This document shows positions 10,369 through 19,412 of a DNA stretch of 64,000 nucleotides, piece after piece (position 1 is the stretch's first letter; each line of letters begins with the position of its first letter). A model generated the notes under the pieces. That model worked only from the letters and a program-made list of their open reading frames with translations, was not told the origin of the DNA and made no database searches. The translations under genes were made by a program, and so were the position numbers. This stretch comes from an uncultured delta proteobacterium. GTDB lineage: Bacteria; Desulfobacterota; Binatia; UBA9968. The stretch covers positions 32,001-96,000 of the forward strand of contig CAVTUQ010000028.1 of NCBI GenBank assembly GCA_963737905.1, given 5' to 3'.

Positions 10369-11319
10369 TTAGGAGTCGTTGGTCGAGTAATAGTAATACT
10401 TTGAAGAGATGCCGAGGTCCGCTCCGTTCAACACGACGCCCATAACTTTGTTGGAATTTAGAGACTGCAGCGCTTTCGTCAAATAATCACGGGGCGTTTT
10501 GCCCGCTCGCATCACCAACAAAACCCCATCGACATAACGGGCGATCACCAACGGGTCAGGCGTCGATAGTATCGGAGGGCTATCGATAATGATGTGATAG
10601 CCAGGGAACTCGGCCTGAGCTTCTTCCATGACCTGCCTCATTCTTTCTTTAGCTAAAAGTTCGGACGCGAGGCGCGATGGTTTCCCTGAAGGCAAAATGC
10701 TTAACCCCGGGACAAAGGTCTCCTGTACCATATCCTTGAGCTTCATTTTCGAGTTGGCGGCAAGATAATCGGCGAGTCCCGGTGATGCGAGCACATTAAA
10801 ATATCGATGGATACTCGGAGCCCGAAGGTCACCATCGATAAGAAGAACCTTCTCCTCATAATCCAAGGATAGGGCGGCTGCCAAATTGACGGCGACGGTT
10901 GTCTTGCCATCTCTCTTAATTGGGCTGCTTACGGAAAAACTCCTAATCCCGGATTCGGCACGCAATCGTTTGACTTGCTCGCGCAGCATTTTATATTGTT
11001 CCGACGCTGGAGATTCCGTTTCTAAAGCGACGATCGGATAACTGCTATAGCGTTGCAGGTTCCATCCAAGAAGCCACTGTTCAATTCTCTCGTGCCACGA
11101 TTTGTCAGTGTTCGTGACCGCCGGATATAATTCATGAGTGTCACGGAAGGCACCGTTGGTCTTACTGATCGTACCGTTTGAGTATGGTTCGCGGGTTGAT
11201 CCTTTTTCTTCGATGAGCATCTCCCCAGTGACATTGCTTTCGACCTTTTCCATCGGCCGTTGGACCTGCCCGTGCTTTTCTTCACCCGCTCTTGCCAATG
11301 CTTCGAACACTCTACTCAT
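10369..11319 (-). CDS. CpsD/CapB-family tyrosine autokinase (Wzc C-terminal module)
   Basis: DGKTT Walker A, LLIDGDLR, IIIDSPP and C-terminal YYYY cluster. Confidence 0.92.
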   Translation of the reverse strand: MSRVFEALARAGEEKHGQVQRPMEKVESNVTGEMLIEEKGSTREPYSNGTISKTNGAFRDTHELYPAVTNTDKSWHERIEQWLLGWNLQRYSSYPIVALETESPASEQYKMLREQVKRLRAESGIRSFSVSSPIKRDGKTTVAVNLAAALSLDYEEKVLLIDGDLRAPSIHRYFNVLASPGLADYLAANSKMKLKDMVQETFVPGLSILPSGKPSRLASELLAKERMRQVMEEAQAEFPGYHIIIDSPPILSTPDPLVIARYVDGVLLVMRAGKTPRDYLTKALQSLNSNKVMGVVLNGADLGISSKYYYYSTNDS

Positions 11320-11360
11320 GCTTTAATCACTCCTAAAAAAGGCGCTGAAACTTTGTTTGT

Positions 11361-11448
11361 CTGCTTAAAAAGATCTCAGAGGCGAGGCGCATCAAAACTC
11401 GATGAACGGAGGCGTGCTTAACCGATACGTTGTAGCGAGGCGATTGAG
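11361..11448 (+). repeat. Left half of a short intergenic repeat (MITE/REP-like) split by the IS
   Basis: CTGCTTAAAAAGATCTCAGAGGCGAGGCGC...AGCGAGGCGATTGAG. Its start is imperfectly complementary to the end of the right half (TCTCTTTCAGCA, about 12873-12884). Confidence 0.65.
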
Positions 11449-11529
11449 ACTTGTATGATGGATGTCGGTCCTCACGCGAGTGCTCTGGTACAATGGTTCA
11501 AATAATAGCGTTGTCGAAGAGGCACTTAG

Positions 11530-12676
11530 ATGAGAGACAAGACGTTTATAAGGATTATGGTGTGTTTGCGGATTGGATGTAGATAAGAAGAGTATCGCGG
11601 AACGTTTACAGTCAGCAAGGATTCATCGGTGTTGCAAATGCGTATGGAGTGGATCATTTGCTGAATCATGTGCGCAAGCACTTTGCGGATCAGAAGATTG
11701 CTTTGTCTATGAGGCTGGACCCACGGGGTACGGGTTGTATGATGGGCTTGCGGCTGAAGGTTATAGGTGCTTGATCGCCGCTCCATCGATGATTCCAGAG
11801 CTCCAGGACAGAGAGTGAAAACCAATCGACTCGACAGTCGAGCGTTGTCGGAGAGTTTGCGTGGGGGACAGCTCAAAAGCATTCATGTTCCCTCCCAATT
11901 TATCGCGAGCTTCGCCACCTCACTCAACTGCGCGACACGACGGTACGCCAGGCGGCCGCTCACAAGCAGCGCATCAAAGCCCTGTTGTTGCTCGAAGGCA
12001 TCGACTTTCCCCCAGCTCCTGCTGGCAGACAGTGGACATTGAGGGTGAAGGCTCAGTTGAGAAAGCTTCAGTGTTCTCATACGTGCGTTTTAAGCTCGAT
12101 CAGTTGCTCGACAATTTGGAATTTTGTGAAAAGCAGGTGGTGAGCAGTACGAAAGAGATTCGCCGCTTTTGTAAAGAGGATGCGGAACTGTTGCAGTCCA
12201 TTGAGTACCTGATGAGCATCTCGGGTATCGGCTGGATTGTGGCGAGCCAGCTTCTGGCGCGCATTGGAGACTGGCGGCAAATCGACAATGTCCGACAACT
12301 GGGTAGCTTTCTGGGTTTGGTGCCTACCGAGAACTCCACGGGTGATACGGTCGATCGAGGATCGATTACCCGTGTGGGAGACGGCCGGCTTCGAAGCAAG
12401 ATGATTCAGGCGGCATGGTCGGCGATCCGCCAAGACGCAGAGCTTAGAGAGTTTTATCGTTCGGTTTGCCAGAGAAACCCACGCGGCAAAGGCCCGCGGA
12501 TCGCGATCGTGGCGGTGGCGCGAAAACTGAGTACACGGGTTTATGCGGTATTGAAACATCAAAGACCGTACATCGTTCGAGAACAGGTTCATTCGGCTCC
12601 TTTGACCCAAGAGGAGACATCGCCCCAGGGAACGACTCGACGTTGCGCAGAACCGGGAGAGATTAACAACTCCTGA
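11530..12676 (+). pseudogene. IS110-family transposase, frameshifted into several pieces
   Basis: LDVDKK, YEAGPTG, KTNRLDS, SISGIG, LGLVPTENSTG and AVARKL spread over ORFs 11573-11818, 11767-12042 and 11861-12676. The shifts may be read errors. Confidence 0.85.
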
Positions 12677-12830
12677 AGGTTCGCGATTTGAGACAGAGAA
12701 CCCGGGGCCTTGTGCCTTAGAGAGGGCGTATTGCAAAAAAGTGTGACGGCCTGGGTGCTGTGCCACGTATAGCAGCAAGTGTCTCTTTGGTCGGGGAGTA
12801 AAAGAGTATAAGAAAAAGAGGACTCGTATG
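12620..12830 (+). ncRNA. Predicted seekRNA/bridge RNA of the IS1111-type element
   Basis: Two stem-flanked internal loops with short matches to the target flanks (12641-12648, 12683-12692) and to the predicted donor junction (12776-12780, 12808-12813). Boundaries are approximate. Confidence 0.7.
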
Positions 12831-12852
12831 TTTGCGACTTGACATCCACATA

Positions 12853-12890
12853 AGCGCAACGAAGCATATGAGTCTCTTTCAGCATCCTGT
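12853..12890 (+). repeat. Right half of the IS-interrupted intergenic repeat
   Basis: AGCGCAACGAAGCATATGAGTCTCTTTCAGCATCCTG joins the left half to give GCGATTGAGCGCAAC. Confidence 0.65.
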
Positions 12891-12894
12891 TAGT

Positions 12895-14133
12895 TTAGGA
12901 GGCTTGCAGTGTCCTGATTTCTTCAAGCATCTGGTGCCGGAAATACGCACGCATTCCTTCGTCTAAGATCTCGCGGCTTACCGATTCAAGAAGCATATCG
13001 ACCTTTGCGTGCGGGAACCGCTCAAAGGATTCGCCCAGGGTTTTGATTTGATCGCGCAGCACGATCTTGGCCATCGGACCCATAGCGTCTGTGAGAGCTA
13101 CAGCCAAAGCATTTAAGAAACTGGCTGGTACAAACACTGTGGAAGGAATAGTCCTGGGAACCGGTTTCGCGTTGGGCGGTTTTGGCTCTAACCGCGCTAT
13201 CCCTGGTCGGGCTTCTGCTGCTGATGCCACGCTAGATCCCTGCACCGCGCCAACACCTTTCGGGTTGTTAATGACTTGGCGAATCGGCCTCAGGCGCATC
13301 TCGACGTTGCTTGTTATATTCAGATCCTCTGCCACTTCCCGTATGATCCCGGTGTCAATTTCCTTCTTCCCTAACGCATAACCCGTCAGCAATGCGTTGT
13401 CGCACAGCACGTTCACGATGCGGGGGATTCCATTGGAATAGGAGTGAATACTTTCTAAGGCGTTGGGCGTAAAAATAGGTCGGTCTCCACCAGCAACCTT
13501 TAGGCGACTGGACACGTACTCACAGCACTCCGGTAGCGATAAAGTCCGTAAATGATGACGCAACATCACTCGTTGTTTGAGTTGGCGCAATTCAGGCGAG
13601 TTAAGACGTACCGCTAACTCAGGCTGCCCAACCAATAGTATTTGCAACAGCTTATCCTTGGAAGTCTCAAAGTTAGATAATAGCCGGATACTTTCTAAAA
13701 CCTCGGCCGAAAGGTTCTGTGACTCATCGATAATGAGCGCGCAATTCTCCCCTTTTCGATAACTTTCAAGAAGAAATTCATTTAAAGAAACTAGGTAATC
13801 ATGGATCTCTAAAGGAGGGCGTTTCGGTTCTATGAGGCCGAACTCTTCACAGACGGACCGAAGCAGGTCCGCAGGGCTAACGATGGTGCTAAAGAGAAGC
13901 GCTGTTTGAGCGCTTCCGTTAAGATCGTTCAACAACGCGTGAATCAGCGTGGTTTTCCCTGTTCCCACTTCTCCAGTCAGAACCACAAAACCCTTCCTGG
14001 CTCTAATTCCGTACGAAAGCTGCGCTAACCCCTCGCGGTGACTCGCGCTAAGGTACAGAAAGCTCGGATCAGGCGTGATATTAAAAGGGGCCTGAGTGAG
14101 CCCAAAATGCGTTTGATATAATAGATGATCCAT
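12895..14133 (-). CDS. ExeA/GspA-family AAA ATPase (PEP-CTERM locus type) with extra C-terminal helical domain
   Basis: PFNITPDP, GEVGTGKT, IIDESQNL, LVGQPEL, QLKQR and GIPRIVN motifs; start taken at MDHLLY. Confidence 0.9.
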   Translation of the reverse strand: MDHLLYQTHFGLTQAPFNITPDPSFLYLSASHREGLAQLSYGIRARKGFVVLTGEVGTGKTTLIHALLNDLNGSAQTALLFSTIVSPADLLRSVCEEFGLIEPKRPPLEIHDYLVSLNEFLLESYRKGENCALIIDESQNLSAEVLESIRLLSNFETSKDKLLQILLVGQPELAVRLNSPELRQLKQRVMLRHHLRTLSLPECCEYVSSRLKVAGGDRPIFTPNALESIHSYSNGIPRIVNVLCDNALLTGYALGKKEIDTGIIREVAEDLNITSNVEMRLRPIRQVINNPKGVGAVQGSSVASAAEARPGIARLEPKPPNAKPVPRTIPSTVFVPASFLNALAVALTDAMGPMAKIVLRDQIKTLGESFERFPHAKVDMLLESVSREILDEGMRAYFRHQMLEEIRTLQAS

Positions 14134-14150
14134 TGGTTTTGCTATCTTTC

Positions 14151-15677
14151 TTAAAAAGAAATGGGACCCAAAATTCGGATACAAATGACTCCGACAGCCA
14201 GTGTTGCGATGGAAGCCAGCACAAGGAGACCATGAGCCCGCCGTTGTTCCAAGACACTGCCCCGCGTTACTAGCGCAGGAATCGTCGCGAGCAAGGGCAC
14301 ATCGACATAGGTATTGATTTCCTCACTCCTTCGAAAAGACGAGTCCATGCTATCCCACAAAATAGCCGACCCAATCCCTCCAGCCAAACCTGCTATAAAT
14401 CCCATCAAAACAATCAAAAGGCGGTTCGGTCGAGTGGGGTTAACTGGGAAATTTGCGGGATCGAGAATCTGGAACTGCTCACCTTTTTGTTTCTTTTCCA
14501 TATTCTCCGCCAGCTCAGATTCAAGACCTTTAGCTAATAAATCCTGATATTTTTTTAGCGTTATGTCGTAGCCGCGGCTAATTTTGGAAAGTTCTAAGGC
14601 ACGAACAGGAGTACTATCAACACGAGCCTGTAGCAGGCTGATCTGACTCCGAATCCCCTCGCTCTGGGCATGAAGAGCTTTGATCTCGGAATCAATGTCT
14701 GTGATTTGCGTCTGCAAAACCCGCTTGACAGGATTAATCTGAGAGACTTTTGACGGATTGGGTTGACTCGAGATTGTATCGTAGCTGTCATTTTCTAGTG
14801 CTTGGATTTCCTTCTTCGCTCTAATCACATCCGGATGCTTGTTGCTATATCTTTGCAGCAGGGACTCTAGTTCCTTTTTCTTCATTTCAAGCTGAACACT
14901 TTGGGGCACGGTATTTACAGCAATGGAGAGCGGACCACCGGTCGAATCTAACTTCACAATGTCGGCTTCTACGTTTTGTTTTTGCAGGACAGCTCGACGT
15001 TCCTGAAGGGCCGATAGCCGCTGGCTATTGCCCTCCAGCGCACGTCGAAGTTGCTCCAAACTCCGCAGGTTTGTATCAAGTTGATCCGGTAACTCGTAAC
15101 CATGAGCGGCCTTGTATCTTGTTACCACCGCCTCTTGCGCTTCCAATTCCTTTCGCAGCCTCTCAGTCTCCGCATTGATGAAAGACTTGGTTCCCTGTGC
15201 CTGCTGTTCCCTGGCGTTTAGATTTTGTTCGATAAATAACGATCCGAGCCGACTTGTCACCTGCTTCGCCTTTTCAGGGTCTTCAGATTCGAACGATAAC
15301 TGAAATACATTGTTTCGGCGGGACTCGATCCGGATGGATTTGCGCAGGAGATTGATTCGAGCTTCTAAAGTAACTACCTTTTGATAGAGATTAAACTCTT
15401 GAATGATTTTTTCCAGTTGAGTTCTGCTCATTATCTCCTGAGTAATGGACTGCATGCGTTCGCGAAGATCAATGGTTACTGTGGAAGCGACAAAAGAGGT
15501 GGGCACGCGCTGCGGGGTAACAAGGATAAGTGCACTTGACTGATAGACGTTCGGCAGGACGCTTGCCAGATATCCGGCTAACGATGATACTACAACGAAG
15601 ACGGATATGATCAATCCTTTCCTTCGATTAAGGGTATTTAGTATTTTGGAAATATCAAAATCCGCAACTACGTTCAT
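14151..15677 (-). CDS. Polysaccharide chain-length determinant (Wzz/GumC-like Wzc membrane module)
   Basis: N-terminal TM, long coiled coil, YSNKHPDV, FQILDPA and C-terminal TM helices. Confidence 0.9.
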   Translation of the reverse strand: MNVVADFDISKILNTLNRRKGLIISVFVVVSSLAGYLASVLPNVYQSSALILVTPQRVPTSFVASTVTIDLRERMQSITQEIMSRTQLEKIIQEFNLYQKVVTLEARINLLRKSIRIESRRNNVFQLSFESEDPEKAKQVTSRLGSLFIEQNLNAREQQAQGTKSFINAETERLRKELEAQEAVVTRYKAAHGYELPDQLDTNLRSLEQLRRALEGNSQRLSALQERRAVLQKQNVEADIVKLDSTGGPLSIAVNTVPQSVQLEMKKKELESLLQRYSNKHPDVIRAKKEIQALENDSYDTISSQPNPSKVSQINPVKRVLQTQITDIDSEIKALHAQSEGIRSQISLLQARVDSTPVRALELSKISRGYDITLKKYQDLLAKGLESELAENMEKKQKGEQFQILDPANFPVNPTRPNRLLIVLMGFIAGLAGGIGSAILWDSMDSSFRRSEEINTYVDVPLLATIPALVTRGSVLEQRRAHGLLVLASIATLAVGVICIRILGPISF

Positions 15678-15728
15678 ACAGATCCTCTAATTTCAGTCGT
15701 ATCTTAAATAAAGAAAAACACTCGACAT

Positions 15729-16337
15729 CTACGGCACAATAATTCGATCCCCTGGTCTTAGCAAAATGTCTTGCTTCAAATCGCCTTTGATAATTCCGTC
15801 ATAGTCGGCGATATACTCGGTCACCTTGTCCCCTTCACGGCGCACGACGCGGATGTTACTGCGGTCGGCGAAAATGGTTAACCCGCCCGCGCGGGTCAAA
15901 ATCTGAAGTAACGTCTCGTTTCCGTTGAGTGGAAAGGCTGCGGGGCGATTCACCTGGCCAACCAAAAACACCTCACTCGAAGCAATCGCCTCGAGTCGAA
16001 CCGTCACGAATGGATCAACGGTGAATTCCCTATACTTAGTTTCGAGCAGTTTTCTCAGCTGCGTGGTGGTCATACCTACGACCTGAATGTCATTGACTAG
16101 TGGCACCGTTACAAATCCGTCGGGACGCACCTTAACTGTGCCCGAGAGACTCGGCTCCTTCCAAACATTGATACTGAGCACGTCCCCTGCACCTATAACA
16201 TAAAACTCTTCGGGAGGTTTCCCCGGATCCGGAGTACCCGCTGCCACGCGGAATTCTTGGACTCGCAGTTCTTTTGTAGCACACGATTCAGCGCCAATTA
16301 TCAACAAAAACAACAACGGAACTATTTGTTTTCTCAT
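15729..16337 (-). CDS. Polysaccharide export lipoprotein (Wza family)
   Basis: YVIGAGDVL, VRPDG, SLBB domain and LRPGDRIIVP; lipobox-like AESC; start at MRKQ. Confidence 0.9.
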   Translation of the reverse strand: MRKQIVPLLFLLIIGAESCATKELRVQEFRVAAGTPDPGKPPEEFYVIGAGDVLSINVWKEPSLSGTVKVRPDGFVTVPLVNDIQVVGMTTTQLRKLLETKYREFTVDPFVTVRLEAIASSEVFLVGQVNRPAAFPLNGNETLLQILTRAGGLTIFADRSNIRVVRREGDKVTEYIADYDGIIKGDLKQDILLRPGDRIIVP

Positions 16338-16422
16338 ATATCTGCCTGCGATCGATTGTCTATTACTTTGGCTAAATCTGCCCCGTCCTTGTATCAGCAT
16401 CCCAGAAACAAGTGGCGGTAAA

Positions 16423-16439
16423 CGCAACTATCATACCAA
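16423..16439 (-). promoter_or_regulatory. Putative sigma54 (-24/-12) promoter upstream of wza
   Basis: Minus strand TTGGTATGATAGTTGCG with GG and GC exactly 12 bp apart. Confidence 0.6.
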
Positions 16440-16627
16440 GTGTGCTCAAGAGCCATGCGCCCAAAGGAAACCCAGAACGACGACCAAAAGCGATTACTGA
16501 CAAGCTTCGCAATTCATTTAGAAATTGCCCTAATCAAATAACCCCTGAATATAGAAGGCAGGTTTGACCGGAATCGAGTCTAGGATAGGTCAATCCCTTT
16601 GTCAAAACAACGAATCTAGAGTTTGGC

Positions 16628-18016
16628 CTAAGGAGCTGATTTTGTTGTGGGGGCAGCTTGTGGGAAGGGGGTTGTTACTAAAGGCGTTGGCGCGGTCATG
16701 CTTCTGCTCAAACCGATATTGGGCCAAAGGTCGAAATTAGCTGTTAGTGACAAGTATGCAGCGTTAGCGCGAACCAGTCCCGGCTGGAGGAGATCGGACC
16801 GGGCTGCTGAGTTACTACTATCCGTCCATCGGTAGGCATAGAAAAAGTTAGAGGCCAGCCAGGGAGTGAACTGGTATCGCGCCCCGGCGGAGGCCTGAAA
16901 GGTTTGGAAATTGCCATCATCCGTGTCGTAGAAGGAAAAATTCACCCCAGCTATTGTCGATAATTTTTCCGTTACTTGGTAATTGAATTGACCATTCACA
17001 CTGGTTGTATTCGAAATTCCACCAACACCATAGCTCGACGTGAGGCCGTGCTGAACTCCACCACTGAGAGTTGCCGTTTCCCATATTTTTGTAACGGTTA
17101 TATTGGTGTTGTTGGCTACAGGCGGGCCGTCGTTACCGGCGTTCAAGGATATGCCGGTGCTCGCTGTCAGGGTCAAGGTAGGCGACAAGTTGATCTGGTA
17201 CCTGCTAAAATAATCATCGCCCAAATCAAAATTAAACACGACATTATTGTTATTTCGGTTGTTGGCGTTGCTTCTGTTTCGATCGTTGAATACGTTAATG
17301 TAGAATCCCGCATGGAGGTTGTGCTCTTGCCGCCAGTTATAGACACCCCGAAAGTAGATGCTGTGGGATATGTCCGACCCACCCTGGTCAATATTATTAA
17401 TGTAATTGTTTGAATAGCCGCCTGTAAAGCTGACATCCGGTCTATAAAGATATGTTCCCTGAAGGCTGAAATTATTCCAAAACTGCGAAAAGGTTCCTGA
17501 AGTGAAATTGGAAAGGTTTTGATCACCTTGTCCCGGGAGAGTCCCGCCAACGGGCGGCGGAGAAGTCGGCGCACTAGGCAACTGAAAGGCACCCTGAGTT
17601 ACCGGGCCAAGGCGATATTCACCCTGACGTCCAAGAACGTCTGAGACGTGAAAATTCAACAGCGGAGAATACTGGTAAGTATATGCACCGTTTGCTGCCC
17701 AGTTATCACCAAAGTTGGTTAATTCACTGTGGCGCGCAAAGATCAACCCACTCGGGCTGATACTAAGATTTAAGATGGGTACGGTTTGGCCCTCGGGCGC
17801 ATATAAGATCGACAGCGTCGGGGTTATGCTGGTCACAAAATCGGCTTCTTTGTTCCTGGTATAAAATATGTTGTCCGTGTAAAGCTCTCCGAGCGTGGGG
17901 GCCAAGCTAATTGCGAACCTGGCCTCGGCAAGGTTGGCGGAAAACAAATAAACAACACCACCGACCAGCAATAACCAACTACCCAAAATCCTTGAATGAT
18001 TCCTTATGCAGACCAT
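16628..18016 (-). CDS. Outer-membrane beta-barrel protein of EPS locus
   Basis: Signal peptide, YTDNIF motif, alternating aromatic beta strands and position beside wza. Start is uncertain. Confidence 0.7.
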   Translation of the reverse strand: MVCIRNHSRILGSWLLLVGGVVYLFSANLAEARFAISLAPTLGELYTDNIFYTRNKEADFVTSITPTLSILYAPEGQTVPILNLSISPSGLIFARHSELTNFGDNWAANGAYTYQYSPLLNFHVSDVLGRQGEYRLGPVTQGAFQLPSAPTSPPPVGGTLPGQGDQNLSNFTSGTFSQFWNNFSLQGTYLYRPDVSFTGGYSNNYINNIDQGGSDISHSIYFRGVYNWRQEHNLHAGFYINVFNDRNRSNANNRNNNNVVFNFDLGDDYFSRYQINLSPTLTLTASTGISLNAGNDGPPVANNTNITVTKIWETATLSGGVQHGLTSSYGVGGISNTTSVNGQFNYQVTEKLSTIAGVNFSFYDTDDGNFQTFQASAGARYQFTPWLASNFFYAYRWTDSSNSAARSDLLQPGLVRANAAYLSLTANFDLWPNIGLSRSMTAPTPLVTTPFPQAAPTTKSAP

Positions 18017-19361
18017 GCCGCCTCATTTTTCTGTAGAGCGTTTTGTTGTCTACCTTGGCCTCTTTTGCGGTCAACGAGATGCTACCCTTGTATTTAATCA
18101 ACAGACTTCGCATATAGTCTTTTTCGCTATTTGACAGCCATTGTTTCAGGGAGATCTCTCTATCACCGTTCCCCGCGTACCATAGGTCGATAATACGCTG
18201 TGGGGGAGTCGGCAAATCGACATTTTCGATGAGGTCACCGCGGGACTTAACTATCGCTCGCTCCAGAATATTCTCCAATTCTCGTATGTTTCCAGGCCAA
18301 TGATAGGCCAACATTTGATCCAAAACTTTCGGCGCCACCTCTCGAATTTTTCTTTCTATTGCCACTGGATGGCGGCTCAAAATGTGATCCAGGAGCAATG
18401 GTAAATCTTCCAGTCGCTCACGCAGCGGTGGGAGCTGGATGGGAATCACATTGACGCGATAGTAAAAGTCTTCACGCAGAGTTCCACGGGCTAGGCACAG
18501 GGAGAGGTCTACATTCGTTGCCGCGATAACACGCATATCGATTTTAACTTTGCGATTACCTCCCAGACGTTCTACTTCCCGCTCCTGAAGAACTCGTAGC
18601 AGCTTGACTTGCATCGGTGCGGCCATGGCTTCGATCTCGTCCAAAAAAAGCGTTCCGCCGTCTGCAAGTTCGATCTTCCCCCCCCGGCTCTGTACTGCGC
18701 CCGTGAAAGCGCCCTTCTCATATCCAAAAAGCTCGCTCTCGAGGAGTGTATCCGGAAAAGCGCCACAGTTGATCGCAACGAATTGTCTACTTCTCCTCCG
18801 ACTCAAATTATGTATGGCACGGGCGACTAACTCCTTTCCGGTCCCCGTCTCGCCGGTAATCATGACTCCAGAATCTGTTTCGGCAAGAGATCGAATCAAA
18901 TCAAAGACTTTTAGCATCTTGGGGCTTTTGCTCAGAATGTTTTCGAGATTGTGCTCCTCTTGAACTCTTTGCCTTAATTCCCTGACTTCTTCCAGAAGAC
19001 GCCTTCTTTCGATGAGTTTCTCGCTTACGAGACGAATGGCCTCTGGTTGAAACGGTTTAGTGATATAATCGCTTGCTCCGAGTTTCATCGCTTCAACTGC
19101 TTGTTTGATGTTGCCAAACGCAGTGATCAGGATTATATCGGTGTCAGGATATTTCTCCCTCACATGGCGGGCTAGCTGAAACCCATCAATCCCCGGCATC
19201 TTCACGTCCGAGACTACGATCGCAAACTTTTCGTGTGAAAGTTTTTCAATTCCCTCCTCGCCACAGTTAGCCGTCGTAACTTTGAAGCCCTCCTGTTCGT
19301 AGAACTGGCCTAGTTGTTCCCTAAGGCGATCGTGGTCTTCGACAATGAGTACGCTATACAT
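17979..19361 (-). CDS. Sigma54-dependent response regulator (NtrC/AtoC family)
   Basis: REC domain, GETGTGKE, GAFTGA, FLDEI, WPGNIREL and C-terminal Fis-type HTH. Confidence 0.95.
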   Translation of the reverse strand: MYSVLIVEDHDRLREQLGQFYEQEGFKVTTANCGEEGIEKLSHEKFAIVVSDVKMPGIDGFQLARHVREKYPDTDIILITAFGNIKQAVEAMKLGASDYITKPFQPEAIRLVSEKLIERRRLLEEVRELRQRVQEEHNLENILSKSPKMLKVFDLIRSLAETDSGVMITGETGTGKELVARAIHNLSRRRSRQFVAINCGAFPDTLLESELFGYEKGAFTGAVQSRGGKIELADGGTLFLDEIEAMAAPMQVKLLRVLQEREVERLGGNRKVKIDMRVIAATNVDLSLCLARGTLREDFYYRVNVIPIQLPPLRERLEDLPLLLDHILSRHPVAIERKIREVAPKVLDQMLAYHWPGNIRELENILERAIVKSRGDLIENVDLPTPPQRIIDLWYAGNGDREISLKQWLSNSEKDYMRSLLIKYKGSISLTAKEAKVDNKTLYRKMRRHGLHKESFKDFG

Positions 19362-19412
19362 GCTGGTTTTACCGAGCTGGCACTTCTTGGTTTCAGGCTA
19401 GAGAAAATGTGT

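Larger units (their letters stand above)
11449..12852 (+). mobile_element. IS110-family insertion sequence, IS1111 group
   Basis: Sub-terminal inverted repeats TATG(A)TGGATGTC (11454-11466) and GACATCCACATA (12841-12852); AG at both junctions; DEDD-type transposase; long downstream non-coding region. Confidence 0.88.
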
